Below, piece after piece: positions 1 to 17,826 of a stretch of DNA of 64,000 bases. The translations under genes and the position numbers were made by a program. The DNA comes from Eimeria praecox (taxonomy: Eukaryota): NCBI GenBank assembly GCA_963920595.1, contig OY986949.1, positions 4,464,001 through 4,528,000 of the forward strand, written 5' to 3'. Position 1 is the stretch's first letter. Each line of letters starts with the position of its first letter. The notes below the pieces were generated by a model. It was not told the DNA's origin, did not search any database, and saw only the letters and a program-made list of their open reading frames with translations.

Positions 1-257
1 AATCGCCACATTTAATGCCCGTGATCTGCAGACACCTGCAGCAGCAGCAGCAGCAGCAACTGCAGCAGCTGAGCCTCAACCAGTAAGCTTCCTTGGTGCT
101 GCTGCTGCTGCTGCTGCATTTGCTTCTGCTGCTGCTGCATTTGCTGCTGCTGCTGCTGCTGCTTTTGCTGCTGCTGCTGAGAGACCCGCCACTACTATAA
201 AGAGTGCTGTTGTTGACGATCGACGTACATGACACCCGCATCTGCTGCTGCTGCTGT

Positions 258-356
<99 letters not shown>

Positions 357-671
357 AGGGTCCTTTAGTATACTGCCTGGAGACGCTGCAGATGAATGCT
401 GCTGAGCTGCAGCGGCTCTGCAGCAGCCAAGGAGATTTGCTGCTGAAGGCGCGAGACCTCGTAAGCTACAAACCCTAAACCCTAAACCCTAAACCCTAAA
501 CCCTAATAAGAGGAAGCAATCATGTCTTACAAGGCCAACCTAACAATGCATCAGCTAACACTTGCTGCTGCTGCTGTTGCTGTTACTGCTGCTGTTGCTG
601 CTGCTGCTGTTGCTGCTGCAGGAGACACATTTTCAAAGGCTGCTAAACCGCATGCAAAGGCGGCAGCAACG

Positions 672-704
<33 letters not shown>

Positions 705-2554
705 GCAGCAGCTGCAGCAGCAGGAAGCAACGCTCCTCGCGCCGGTGTATGGAGAGGGGGTGGCGTAAGCAGGCTCAAACCCTAAACCCTAAACCCTAAA
801 CCCTACGACCCCAAACCCTAAACCCTCAGTCGTCAAACCCTAAACCCTAGAACCTCAAACCCTAAACCCTCACCAAACCCTAAACCCTAGGGCTTCAAAC
901 CCTAAACCCTAGGGCTTCAAACCCTAAACCCTAGGGCTTCAAACCCTAAGCCCTAGGGCTTCAAACCCTAAACCCTAGGACCTCGAACCCTAAACCCTAA
1001 ACCCTAAACCCTAGGTGTTTGATCTCAGTTCGACATTGCTGCTGCGGCTTGTGTATGCAGATTCCTCATCGTCTTCTCTATTACACACGGTCCTGACAGC
1101 AGCAACAGCAGCAGCAGCAACAGCAGCAACAGCAGCAGCAGCAACAGCACCAGCGAGGGGCAGGCGATAACGCGGTGTACGTACACTGTGGTAGACTGCC
1201 TCGGAGCCTTCATGCAGCGGCAGCAGCAGCAGCTGCAGCAGCAGCTAGCAGATACACTTGCTTTGCTGCTGCGCTCTCGAAGGGGCCTCTCTTGTCTAGG
1301 GGTAGGCTGCTAGTGTCTGCTGCTGTTGCTGCTGCTGTTGCTGCTGCTGCTGTTGCTGCTGCTGCTGTTGCTGCTGCTGCTGTTGCTGCTGCTGCTGTTG
1401 CTGCTGGTGCTACAGCTAATACTACAACTTTGCTGCTGCTGCTGCTGCGGGTATTCCTCATGGCCTGTTGCTTCTACTGCGGTGCTTGCTGCTGCTGCTG
1501 TTGCTGCCGCTGCTGTTGCTGTTGCTGCTGCTGCTGCTGCAGTCGATAGAATCTAGCAATCAGTGGGAGCTGCAGCTTCGGATGACTGTGCTGCTGCCGC
1601 TGACGAGCGCTGAAGATGCTGCAGCGGAACAGCAGCAGCAGCAGGAAGAGCAGCAGCAGCAGCAGGAAGAGCAGCAGCAGCAGCAGGAAGAGCAGCAGCA
1701 GCAAGAGCAGCAGCAACAAATCGAAGCTGCTGCTGCTCATCTTAAGGATTCCGAAGTGCCTGCTGCTGCTGCTGCTGCTGCAGCAGCAGCAGCAGCGTGC
1801 AGCAGACAGCTGCAGCAGCTGGCAGCAGACGGGAAGAAGAGGCTGCAGCAGTTGCTGCGGCTGCAGCAGCAGCAGCAGCTGCTGCAACAGCAGCAGCAGT
1901 TTACAGTCGACAGCATCGGCATAGTTCTCCTATTTACTATTGAGGGATTCTTCACGTAAGACCATCTGCTGCTGCTGTTGCTGCTGCTGTTGCTGCTGTT
2001 GCTGCTGCTGCTGTTGCTGGTGTCGCGTGTGCTGCTGCTGCTGCTGCTGTGTTACGTGCTGCTGCTGCTGCTGCTGTTGTTATATCTGTAGCATTTTTTC
2101 GTGCTGTTTCTGCTGCAGCAGCAACAGCAGAGACGCTCTTCGATGTGTACGAATTGCTGCTGCTGCTGCCGCTGCTGCTGCTTCTGCTGCTGCTGCTGCT
2201 GCTGTTTGTGCTGCAGCGGGCACTGCGCTCGGGAGCTGCCGCCTGGCGGTGTGTACGGCTTACGATTGTTGTATTTGCGTCAACTGCTTGAGGTGTATAT
2301 ACACCGCAGTTTGCCGCAGCAGCAGCTGCAGCTGCATGCACTGACAGCAGCAAGCTGGCGGCTTGATGCCTCTGCTGCTGCAGCAGAGAGGCGAAGGAGA
2401 ATGCAGCAGCAGCAGCAGCAGCAGCTACTGCTGCAGTCATTCTCAGGTGTATGTACACCTCGCAGCTTTAGTACGTACTCGCCTTCTGCAGCAATATCGC
2501 GCCGCAGCAGCTTCAGCTGTGCTGCTGCTGGTGCGATCCCGAGGGCTGTTGTCT

Positions 2555-2556
<2 letters not shown>
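1..2556 (+). CDS. 3' part of a large multi-exon Q/A-rich hypothetical protein (copy 1; 5' end lies before the window)
   Basis: Phase-consistent GT-AG model: exons <1-82, 359-460, 622-764, 1061-1301, 1543-1955, 2217-2556 (…AEPQP/GPLVYCLET…/ETHFQRLLNR…/AFLIVFSITHGPD…/SIESSNQWELQLR…/GHCARELPPGGVYGLRLL…). No recognisable domain. Confidence 0.6.
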
Positions 2557-2610
<54 letters not shown>

Positions 2611-3636
2611 AGCCCTTCAGGGCCATCTGAAAGAGCAACAGCTTCTGCAGCTCTGCTGCTGTCGTGGGGACTGATGAGGGTTTGCTATGCTTACCTTAAG
2701 TCGTCTAGGGTTTAGGGTTTAGGGTTTAGGGTTTAGGGTTTAGGGTTTAGGGTTTAGCGCTCATAGAAAAGTAGATGGCTAGGGTTTAGAAAACAGCGAG
2801 AATGCTTATGCCTCTCCCCTGCTACAGCTGCAGCAGCAACAGAAGCACCAGCAGCAACTGCTGCAGCAGCAGCAGCAGCAACTGCAGCAGCAGCAGCAGC
2901 AACTGCTGCTGCTGCTGCTGCCTCGTATCAAAGACAGCACCCCTGCGGGGAAACTAACTTGCTGCCATATCCCTCTACCACAGCAGCAGCAGCAGCAGCA
3001 TTTGCTGCTGCTGCTGCTGCTGCTGTGTTAGCTTAGGAATAGTGCTGACTGCTGCAGCATCTGCTGCAGCATCTGCTGCAGCATCTGCTGCCACTGCAGC
3101 AGCAGCAGCATATGGTGCTGCTGCACTTGCTGCTGCAACAGCAAAACGTTGTGCTGCTGTTGCTGCAGCTGCTACTGTTTCTGTTATTGAAGCAGCTCCT
3201 ACTGTATCTGCTGCGGCTCTTGCTGCTGCCGCTGCAGCTGTTGCTGCTGCCGCTGCAGCTGCTGTTGGTGCTGCCGCTGCAGCTGTTGCTGCTGCCTCTG
3301 CAGCTGCTTTTGCTGCTGCAGCTGTTGCTGCTGCCTCTGCAGCTGCTGTTGCTGCTGCCGCTGCAGCTGTTGCTGCTGCAGTTGTTGCTGCTGCAGCTGT
3401 TGCTGCTGCAGCTGTTGCAGCTGATACTGTATCTTCTGTTGCTGTTGCTGCAGCATTGCTGCCGTTGCTGCAGCAGCTGCTGTACACCTGCTGCTGTATC
3501 TGCTGCTGCTGCTGCTGTATCAGCTGTTGCTGCTGCTGTTGTTGTATCAGCAGCAGCAGCTGCTGTTGCATCTGCATCCTTTGCTGCTGCTGCTGCTGCT
3601 GCAGCAGCAGCAGCAGCAGCAGCATGAATGGGGTGT

Positions 3637-3958
3637 CTACGCATCATCTAGATATCCTTCTTCAGGTAGCTTCCCTCCGTTAGTCAGGAAATAAATAATT
3701 GTTTTGATTGTTTTTTTAATTTTGTTTGGCGTATATATAACAACATCCCTCTCAGCTACTTCTATATCCGAGGGATATCGAGTTGCTGCTTGCTGCTGCT
3801 GCTGCTGCAGCGCCAAATTCTCTCGCTGCAGCTGCTGCTGCTTCTTCTGCTTCCGTAGCTTCTGTACTTGCTTCTCTGTTATTGCTGTGTCTCCTTCTTG
3901 CAGCTTTAGTGCTGCTGCTGCTGTCACCCGCAGACTGTGGGGACTCCAACTAGTTGTC

Positions 3959-4005
<47 letters not shown>

Positions 4006-4185
4006 AGGGAGGGCTGATCTTCCTTCTTGTGTGCTCTGCGCGCTGCTGCTGCTGCTGCTGCTGCTGCTGTGACTCCTAGCGTTGTTAGGTGAGGCCCCTG
4101 GTGATGCAGCAGCATCTGCAGCACCAGCAGCAGCAGCAGCATTTGCTGCTGCTTCTGTTAGGGGTGAGATCAGAGAAGATTGTGC

Positions 4186-4219
<34 letters not shown>

Positions 4220-4285
4220 GCACTTGTTGATGTTGCAGAGCCCCATTCATCGTTGATAAACGGTATGTCTCCATCGTTCTCTTCC

Positions 4286-4318
<33 letters not shown>

Positions 4319-4419
4319 TCTGCTGCTGCAGGCTGCTGCTGCTGCTGCAGCAGCAACAGCAGCAGCAGCAGCAGCAACCACGATCCCAGCAGCACACAAC
4401 GCTGCGGGAATCGACACAT
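3637..4419 (-). CDS. Hypothetical protein with N-terminal hydrophobic (signal-like) stretch (copy 1)
   Basis: ATG-initiated 260-aa ORF with a non-repetitive C-terminus (RYPSDIEVAERDVVIYTPNKIKKTIKTIIYFLTNGGKLPEEGYLDDA). The frame is preserved in the second copy. Confidence 0.55.
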
Positions 4420-4607
4420 CTTGCTGCTGCAGCCGCCTCCTATTGTGCTGCTGCTCGTGCTGCAGCTGCTGCTACTGCTGCAGCAAGTGTTGTTGTTGCT
4501 GCTGCTGCTACTGCTGCTGCTGCTTCTGCTGCTGTTGGTGCTGCTGCTACTTCCCTTGCTACGGGCTCCTTCTGCAGGATGCCGGTTGCTGTTGCTGCTG
4601 CTGCTGT

Positions 4608-4657
<50 letters not shown>

Positions 4658-4760
4658 TTGAACCTGCTGGGATCGTAAACTTTGCTGCTAACAACAATTT
4701 ATATCCTTCATCAGTGGCCTACAGCCGCTGCTGCTGCTGCTGCTGCTGCTGCTGCACGGA

Positions 4761-4796
<36 letters not shown>

Positions 4797-4992
4797 TCGT
4801 TGCTGCTGCAGCAGCTGTTCTCCCTCCCACTGTAGGTAGATATGATATTAATCTTTGTCTGTTTCTTTGTTTTATTTAATAAATAAATAAATACAAAATT
4901 TATTTGCTGCTGTTGCTGTGAGAGGCAGCAGCTGCAGCAGCGGGCCCCCCGCTGCCCCTTGCTGCAGCAGAGCCGTCGAGTGACCGATCCTA

Positions 4993-5052
<60 letters not shown>

Positions 5053-5211
5053 ACGGCGGCGGCGGCGGCTGCTGCTGCTGCTGCGACAGCAGCAGCAGCA
5101 GCAGCAGCTCCTTCTCTTCTTAAATTAAATTTGTTTAGAAATAACATAAAGAAGAAATCGTAGTGTACAGGGATGCTCAGGTGCTGCAGCACAGGGGGTT
5201 CTCCGGCAGCT

Positions 5212-5253
<42 letters not shown>

Positions 5254-5290
5254 AGAGCAGCAGCAGGAGTCGAGGAGGTGTTCTACTAGA

Positions 5291-9733
<4,443 letters not shown>

Positions 9734-10063
9734 AATACAACGGATGATTCGAAAACTGCTGCTGCTGCTGCTGCAGCAGCAGCAGTTTGCTGCTGCAGCA
9801 GCAGCAGCAGCAGTAGCAGTTTGCTGCTGCTGCAGCAGCAGCAGCAGTTTGCTGCTGCTGTTGCACCTGCTGTTGCTTATTACGCATTTAGTTTGCTCTG
9901 CTCATTTTTCTCTTGCTAGAAGCAACAGCAGCAACAACAACAGCAGCAGCAGCAGCAGCATCTGCTGCTGCTGCTGCTGCTGTTGTTGTTGTTAAACAGC
10001 AGCCGCTGCTGCTGCTGCTGTTAATTTGTTTTGCATTTGTTTATTTATTTTAAATATTAATTT

Positions 10064-10145
10064 GCCGGGAATCGAACCCGCGACCTCCTGCTTCGAAGGA
10101 GGAGGAGATGAGGTGGCGTCCTCATCTATCTCAACTCTACCTTCT
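10064..10145 (-). pseudogene. tRNA-like remnant (3' half resembling tRNA-Arg TCG) with upstream hairpin (copy 1)
   Basis: The minus strand reads …ctc-cttcgaa-gcagg-aggtc-gcggg-ttcgatt-cccgg: a CT-TCG-AA anticodon loop, variable loop and T-arm/B-box (GGTTCGATTCC). There is no intact acceptor stem or D arm. Confidence 0.6.
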
Positions 10146-10693
10146 ATTTAATTTAATTTATTTAATTTATTTAATTTATTTAATTAGTTTAATTAATTTA
10201 ATTTAATTTAATTTAATTAATTAATTTATTTTAGAAATTGTTTGAGATCGAAGGATAACAAAATACAAACAAAAAATTAAAATAAATAAAATATTTGTTT
10301 ACTTTTCATCTCTAATTAAATAATTAAATATTATTTTTATTTATTTGCTTATTTATTTATTTATTTATTTATTTACAAATATCTAATTATTTTATAATGA
10401 TAATATAATAATAATATACATAAACTGCTGCTGCTGCTGCTGCTGCTGCAGTCCGGTGATATTACCCTGCAGCTGCACTGTAGCGGTGCTGCTGCTGCAG
10501 TTGCTGCTGCTGCAGTTGTTGCTGCTGCAGTTGCTGCTGCTGCAGTTGCTGCTGCTGCAGTTGTTGCTGCTGCAACGTGGCGTCACAGCTGCAGCAGCTG
10601 CAGCTGTTAAATGCCGCCGCCGCCGCAGCAGCAGCAGCAGCAGCAGCAGGAAGACTGTAAACAGAGGAGCAGCAGCAGCAACTGCAGCAGCAA

Positions 10694-10725
<32 letters not shown>

Positions 10726-10726
10726 T

Positions 10727-10906
10727 TTAATCGTCATTAACGTCAGCAATCTCAAACCATTTGTTTCTGATTTTGTCTGTTATATATTTAGGGTTTAGAG
10801 TAATACTATAAAAATCGTTATCATCACGGTGTACAGACACCTCATATATCCTCGTGCTGCTGCAGCGCTGTACAATCCATTCCTCCTTCCTCAGCAGCAC
10901 TCCCAA

Positions 10907-10940
<34 letters not shown>

Positions 10941-11067
10941 ATGTTGTTGTTGTTGGTGCGTAGCTGCAGCAGGAATGTTTTGAATTTTGCCTTGATGCGC
11001 GCTACAAGTGAGTCTGCTGTTTCTGCTTCTGCTGCTGTTTGCTGTATCTGCTGCTGTATCTGCTGCA

Positions 11068-11113
<46 letters not shown>

Positions 11114-11267
11114 GTCATACAGGATTGTAGCAGCAGCAAGAATGCGGGGATCTCTGCATCTTTTCATTGTTTGTACTTCAACATTTTGTATTTTAAATAA
11201 TGTTTGTCTAAACAATGCCTCTCGAATACTGTTACTAACAGCTGCTGCTCGCTGCTCATACAAGCTC

Positions 11268-11322
<55 letters not shown>

Positions 11323-11455
11323 GGTTTGATAGAGACCGTGAAGGTGTTGCTGTTGTGCTGCTGGCTGTTGACAGCAGCAAGCGCGGTGTAAATATCAAAT
11401 CTTTAAACACAAAATCAGGACAACGAAGACGTCCTGCTGCTGCTGCTGCTGCTGC

Positions 11456-11518
<63 letters not shown>

Positions 11519-11584
11519 AGGGCCGTCAAAAGCCGCCCGAAGCCACTCGGGCGTTCGGCAAGCAGGAAACTCCATCACGAACAC
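10727..11584 (-). CDS. Hypothetical protein (copy 1; true 5' end uncertain)
   Basis: 285-codon ORF with complex blocks between Q/S/A tracts (LRCPDFVFKDLIFTPR, EEWIVQRCSSTRIYEVSVHRDDNDFYSITLNPKY). The frame is preserved in copy 2. Confidence 0.7.
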
Positions 11585-11810
11585 ATGTAGCTCTTGCTGC
11601 TGCTGCTGCTGCTGCTGCTCTTAATGCTGCTGCTGCTGCTGCTGCTGCTCTTAATGCTGCTGCTGCTGCTGCTGCTGCTCTTAATGCTGCTGCTGCTGCT
11701 GCTGCTGCTGCTCCTAATGATGCTGCTGCTGCTGGTGGTAATGCTGCTGCTCCTGCTGCTGCTGTTGCAGCTGCAGCTGCTACACATTATGGTGCTTCAT
11801 CGACTGCTGT

Positions 11811-11849
<39 letters not shown>

Positions 11850-12023
11850 AGCAGCTGCAGCAGCAGTAGCTGTAGCTTGTATGGTGTTGTTGTCTCTAGC
11901 AGGGGCGCTCGATGGTTATGACTGGCTTCAACAACAGCAGCAATAAATAAAATAAAATATAAAAATATAAAATAAATAAATATATATTATTAAATATATA
12001 CACACATAAGCTATTCACATACA

Positions 12024-12223
12024 NNNNNNNNNNNNNNNNNNNNNNNNNNNNNNNNNNNNNNNNNNNNNNNNNNNNNNNNNNNNNNNNNNNNNNNNNNNNN
12101 NNNNNNNNNNNNNNNNNNNNNNNNNNNNNNNNNNNNNNNNNNNNNNNNNNNNNNNNNNNNNNNNNNNNNNNNNNNNNNNNNNNNNNNNNNNNNNNNNNNN
12201 NNNNNNNNNNNNNNNNNNNNNNN
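12024..12223. other. Scaffold gap (200 N)
   Basis: N run. Confidence 1.
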
Positions 12224-13115
12224 CTCCTCTTCAGCTTTTGTCTCCTGGGGGCCCCCCTCTATCTGTCTCCCCTTCTTTGTAATTTTCTCTGTCTCCTTTA
12301 GCCCCTCCTCCTCCTTAGGGGCCCCTATTCCCCCTAAATGAACGGCATGAGGCTCTTCAGACTCCTTCTCTCTTCTCCCCTCCTCCTCAGGGGCCCCTAA
12401 TACCTCCTCTTCCTTAGGGGCCCCCTCCTCCTCCTTAGGGGCCTTCTTCTCCTCCTCAGGGGCCCCCTCCTCCTTACAGGGCTCCTTATCCTCTTCAGGT
12501 GTTCCCTTCTCCTCCTCATGGGGGGCCCCCTTCTCATTCTCGGGGGCCCCTAAGACCTCTCGCTCCTTAGGGGCCTCCTTCTTCTCTTCAGGGGCCCCCT
12601 CCTTCTCCTTAGGGGCCTCCTTCTCCTCCTCAGGGGCCCCCTTCTCCTCTTCAGGGGCCCCCTCCTCCTTCACAGGGGCCCCCTTCTCCTCCTTAGGGGC
12701 CCCCTCCTCTTCTCCCTTAGAAGCCTCCCCCCCCTCTTTCTTAGAAGCCCCTCTCTCCTCTTCAGGGGCCCCCTTCTCCTCTTCACGGGTCCTTTCCCCC
12801 TCCTTTGTAGTCCCTAACACCTCCTCCTCTGGGGCCCCCTTCTCCTCCTTAGCTTCCCCCTTCTCCTCCTTAAGGGCCCCCTTCTCCTCCTTAGGGGCCC
12901 CCTCCTCCTCCTTAGGGGCCCCCTTCTCCCCCTTAGGGGCCCCCTCCTCCTCCTCAGGGGCCCCCTTCTCCTCCTTAGAGGCCCCCTTCTCCTCCTCCTT
13001 AGGGCCCCCCTCCTGTTTACTAGGAGAGAAGCTTCGGGTCTGCGGCTGTCTCACAGCAGCAGCAACGCCGGAGGTATCCCTCAGACGCCCGCTCCTCTCT
13101 CCTGCATCACCTCCC

Positions 13116-13155
<40 letters not shown>

Positions 13156-13313
13156 GCTGATGAGACTGCTCCTGTTGCTTCTCCTGCCGCTGCTGCACCT
13201 GCTGCTTCTCCTCCTGCTGCTTCTCTTCCTGCTGCTTCTGCTGCTGCTCCTGCTGAAGCTTGTGCTGCTGCTGCCGATGATGCTGTTGTACCCGCTGTTC
13301 TTGCTGCTTCTGC

Positions 13314-13344
<31 letters not shown>

Positions 13345-13562
13345 TCTGCTGCTCCTGCTGCTCCTCCCCCACAGCTGCTGCTGTGCTGCTGTGAGGCTTC
13401 TCCGAAGCCCCCCCCTCTCCTGCTGTCTGTACACCTGAGGCCTTTGAATCTTCAGGTGTATCTGCAGCAGCAGAAGCCTCCCCCCCCAGCAGCCGCCTCA
13501 GCCCTGTTAGCCCTAAACTCATATAAGAAGTAAAAAACCCCTCAGACACACCCTCCGCCTGC

Positions 13563-13603
<41 letters not shown>

Positions 13604-14663
13604 GTGTGGTTGCGGGTGTTGCTGCCGCTGCCCCTTCTGCTGCAGTTGCTGACGCGGCTGCTGATGCTGCTGAGGCCCCTTCTGCTGCTGCTTCTGCTGT
13701 TGCTCCTTCTGCTGCTGTTGCTTCTGCTGCAGTTGCTGTTCATGTTGCTGTCCCTGCGGTTTCTGCTGCTGCTCCTGCGTTAGCTGACTCTGCAGCTGCT
13801 GCTGTTTCTGCTGCTGCTGCTCTGGCTTAGGCTCCTTCAATTGCTGCTTCTGCTGCTGCTGCTGCTGCTGCTGGCGTTGCTGCCGCTGAATATTCTCTAC
13901 ATCGCATGCACACCGCAGCAAGAAGAGGCAAGCAAGTTAAACCGTGCTTCCTGCTGCTGCTGCTGCTGCTGCTGTTGCTGTTGCTGCTGCTGTTACTGCT
14001 GCTGCTGCTGCTGCATTCGTCTGCAAACGGTTCTACTGCCCCTCACCACTCTCTTGTGCTTTCCCACGGGCTTCCTTCCTAGCAGCCGGAGCAGCAGCAG
14101 GAGCAGCAGCCGGAGCAGCAGCAGGAGCAGCAGCAGGAGCAGCAGCAGGAGCAGCAGCAGGTGCAGCAGCAGGTGCAGCAGCAGGAGCAGCAGCAGATGC
14201 AGCAGCAGGAGCAGCAGCAGGCGCAGCAGCAGGTGCCCCTTCAGGTGCTTCTCCCTCTCCTGTTGTGGTGGCGGAGTCAGCAGAGCCTGTAGACCATCTC
14301 TTCTTTGATTCTTTCCCTGCTGCTGCTGGTGCTGCTGCTGCAGCAGCAGCAGGAGCTGCTGCTGCTGCTGCTGCAGGTGCTGCTGCAGGTGCTGCTGCTG
14401 CTGCTGCTTTTGCTTGTGCTGCGCATATGCAGGGACACAGAAGTTAATGCTGAGGGGAAGAGAAGAAAGAAACCTCAGACATGCAGCTAAATAATAAGGG
14501 TTTAAGGGTTTATACACCAGGGTTTAGGGTTTAGGGTTTAGGGTCTAGGGTTTAGGGTTTAGGGTTTAGGGTTTAGGGTTTAAGAAAGCCCACCAGCAGC
14601 AACAATCCCTGCTACTTCACTAGCTGAAGCTGCATCTTGGGCGCTGCTCTCTGTCTGCCCCAT
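12224..14663 (-). CDS. Putative N-myristoylated Q-rich protein with acidic GAPxEEK repeats; 3' end lost in gap
   Basis: Phase-consistent exons 14663-14594, 14418-14047 and 13896-<12224. It starts MGQTESS and has a C-terminal ~7-aa tandem repeat (GAPEEEK/GAPKEEE). Confidence 0.65.
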
Positions 14664-14871
14664 GTTGCTGCTGCTTCTGTTGCTGCTGGTGTTGCTACTG
14701 CTGTTGCTGCTGTTGCTGTTGTTGCTGCTTTGCTGCTGCTGCTGCTGCTGCTGCTGCACGCATGCGCCACAGACAACACACAGACGACTCTGCTGCAGCA
14801 CTTGCTGCCTCCGTATCTTGGGGCTGTCTACCTCCTGCTGCTTCAGGAACCGCCTCTAGTTGCTGCAGCCG

Positions 14872-14909
<38 letters not shown>

Positions 14910-15038
14910 GCAGCAGCACACACCTGGCGCCTGGTTGTGTGCGGGTTCAGATATGCAGCAACGGATACTAGAAGATAACGTGTTGTGTGAAGAAGAAACT
15001 ACTGAAACAGATCTGCTGCTGCTGCTGCTGCTGCTGTC

Positions 15039-15071
<33 letters not shown>

Positions 15072-15406
15072 CACTGGTCACAGCAGCAAGGCCCCTTGCT
15101 GCAGCTAGCACCGCTGCTGCTGTTTTGCTGCTGCTGCTTGTTTGTACTGAAGGTGTTATATTCCTGCTGTTGCAATGGCACAGAGAAGTTTGTGTATTCC
15201 TGCTGCAGTTGTCTGCTGCAGCAGCAGCAACAGCAACAGCAGCAGCAGCAGCAGCAGCAGCACGAGGTGTCTCGATGACTTGGGGTGTAACACTCCCAGA
15301 TATCTTTGCTTATATCTCGGCTGTACAGACAGAAAATAATAAACAATAAAATAATAGAAAACAGAAAACAAAAACAAAAACAAAATATACATTCTAAGCT
15401 ACCTAA

Positions 15407-15469
<63 letters not shown>

Positions 15470-15887
15470 TCTGTTGTGTGCAGGTGACCATAGCATGCAG
15501 AGCCCTTCAGCCCTAGTTGTATAATTTGCTGCTAAATCCCCTAAATAATGTAATTGTAATATAATATAATATAATTAAATAATTTAAATATAATAATTCT
15601 ACAAAAATAATATTTATTTGCGGTGTATAGCTGCCTATACACCCCAATGGCTGCTCTACTGCAAGCCCGTCAGGGCCCCGAAGGTAGCATATAGAGATAT
15701 TATAAATAAAATACTTCTTCTAAATATTTTAATTTAATTAAACAATTTAATTAATTAAATATAATTAAGTCTTTAGGACTACAGACAGACCTTCCTGCTA
15801 TACTTGCTGGCGCTCTCTCAGATATGTTTTAGGGTTTAGGGTTTAGGGTTTAGGGTTTAGGGTTTAGGGTTTAGGATACATCTATCA

Positions 15888-16353
15888 ATGGAGCATTCTG
15901 TGGGAAAGCCAGGTGTTAGTTTTGCTGTAGCAGACGATGATGCTTCTGTGTCTTCAACTGCTGCTGCAGCAGCAGCAGGAACAGCAGCAGCAGCAGCTCC
16001 TGCAGCAGCAGCTCCTGCAGCAGCAGCAGCAGCAGCAACAGCAGCAGAAGCAGAAGAGGAGCCGCAGCAAGGACAGCAGGTTGTAGGACTACAAATGTTA
16101 TGTGAGGGGATCGTAGAGCTACACCCTAAGCGCCCTCCTGTAGTGCTGCCAGGTGCAGCAGCAGCAGTTGCAGCAGAAGCAGCAGCAGCAGCAGAAGCAG
16201 CAGCAGAAGTTGCTGCTGCAACAGCAGCAGACTTCCCTCGGGTTAAGAAGCTCGATCTAAGCAACCGAAATTTAATTAAATTAAATAACTTAGAGACATT
16301 CACAGGTAAACACAAATACATAAATAAATATATAAATATATAAATAAATAAAC

Positions 16354-16391
<38 letters not shown>

Positions 16392-16496
16392 ATATATATA
16401 AACACGTAGAAGACAGTCCCTCCGCACTCAAGCACCTCCTCCTCCTCCTCATCATCATCATCATCAGCAGCAGCAGGATCAGCAGGATGTATAAGA

Positions 16497-16580
<84 letters not shown>

Positions 16581-17062
16581 ATAGGCCTCGAAGACCTTCG
16601 TCTAACGAATAATTTATTGAAATGTTTGGGTTCAAGTTTATTAGATTTGAAACAATTGATTTATTTGGATGTATCAAATAATAAATTAATAGGATTGCAG
16701 AATTTAATATATTTGAAACATTTGAAGATATTAAATTTGAATCATAATAATATAACTAATATATCTTTTTTATATAATTGTCAAAGTATAGAAATATTAT
16801 CCATCATAAATAATAAAATTGAATCGTTCAATTGTTTATTATATTTATTATCTCTACCCAAATTGAATAGTCTAGCTGTTTCCTCAAATCCTTTCTCTAA
16901 TTGTATATACAGTAACAAGCGAATCCTCGCTCTTCTCCCTCAAATTAAATATTTAAATTATATTTTTATATCCCCACATGTTGTAGAAGATGCGCTTGAA
17001 AATATATTGCCTGAGCACCATCAGCAGCAAATAGAGATGCAGAGACAGTATCAATTATTAGT

Positions 17063-17098
<36 letters not shown>

Positions 17099-17159
17099 AC
17101 AGCAACAACAGCAGCAACAACAACAACAAATGCAGCAGCAGCAGCAGCACCAAGAACAC

Positions 17160-17192
<33 letters not shown>

Positions 17193-17261
17193 GACCAACA
17201 ACAACAGCAACAACAACAACAGCAGCAGCAGCAAGACCACCAACACCAACAACAACAGCAG

Positions 17262-17302
<41 letters not shown>

Positions 17303-17484
17303 GCAGCAGCAAGGAGACGATCAAGTGAAGGACTGGTTTCATCTCCCCACAAATTTAATTCGTTTAATTATATCTAAAGATACGCCTGAACTCGCCTGTC
17401 TTAATTGCTTTCAACAACACAAACAACAACTTGTACAGACACTGTCTCCTCTTGTTGCTGCTACCAGGTTAGAACAACCTCACC

Positions 17485-17532
<48 letters not shown>

Positions 17533-17580
17533 TGGCTGCTGCTGTTGCTGCTGCTGTTGCTGTTGCTGTTGGTTTGGTTT

Positions 17581-17647
<67 letters not shown>

Positions 17648-17782
17648 ACTGTTGGTCTGGTTTTGCTGCTGCTGTTGCTGCTGCTGTTGCTGCTGCTGTT
17701 GCTGTTGCTGCTGCTGTTGCTGGTGATGTTGCTGGTGAGGTTATTGTTGTTTTGCTGCTCCTGTTGCTGCTGCTGCTGCTGC

Positions 17783-17826
<44 letters not shown>

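Noticed and set aside
2975..3683. Ala-rich ORFs on both strands (and mirrors at 29286-29982)
   Set aside because: Almost purely trinucleotide-derived and located between converging gene ends; no independent coding signal.
10064..10145. Functional tRNA gene
   Set aside because: No acceptor stem or D arm, and the anticodon and T stems are mismatched.
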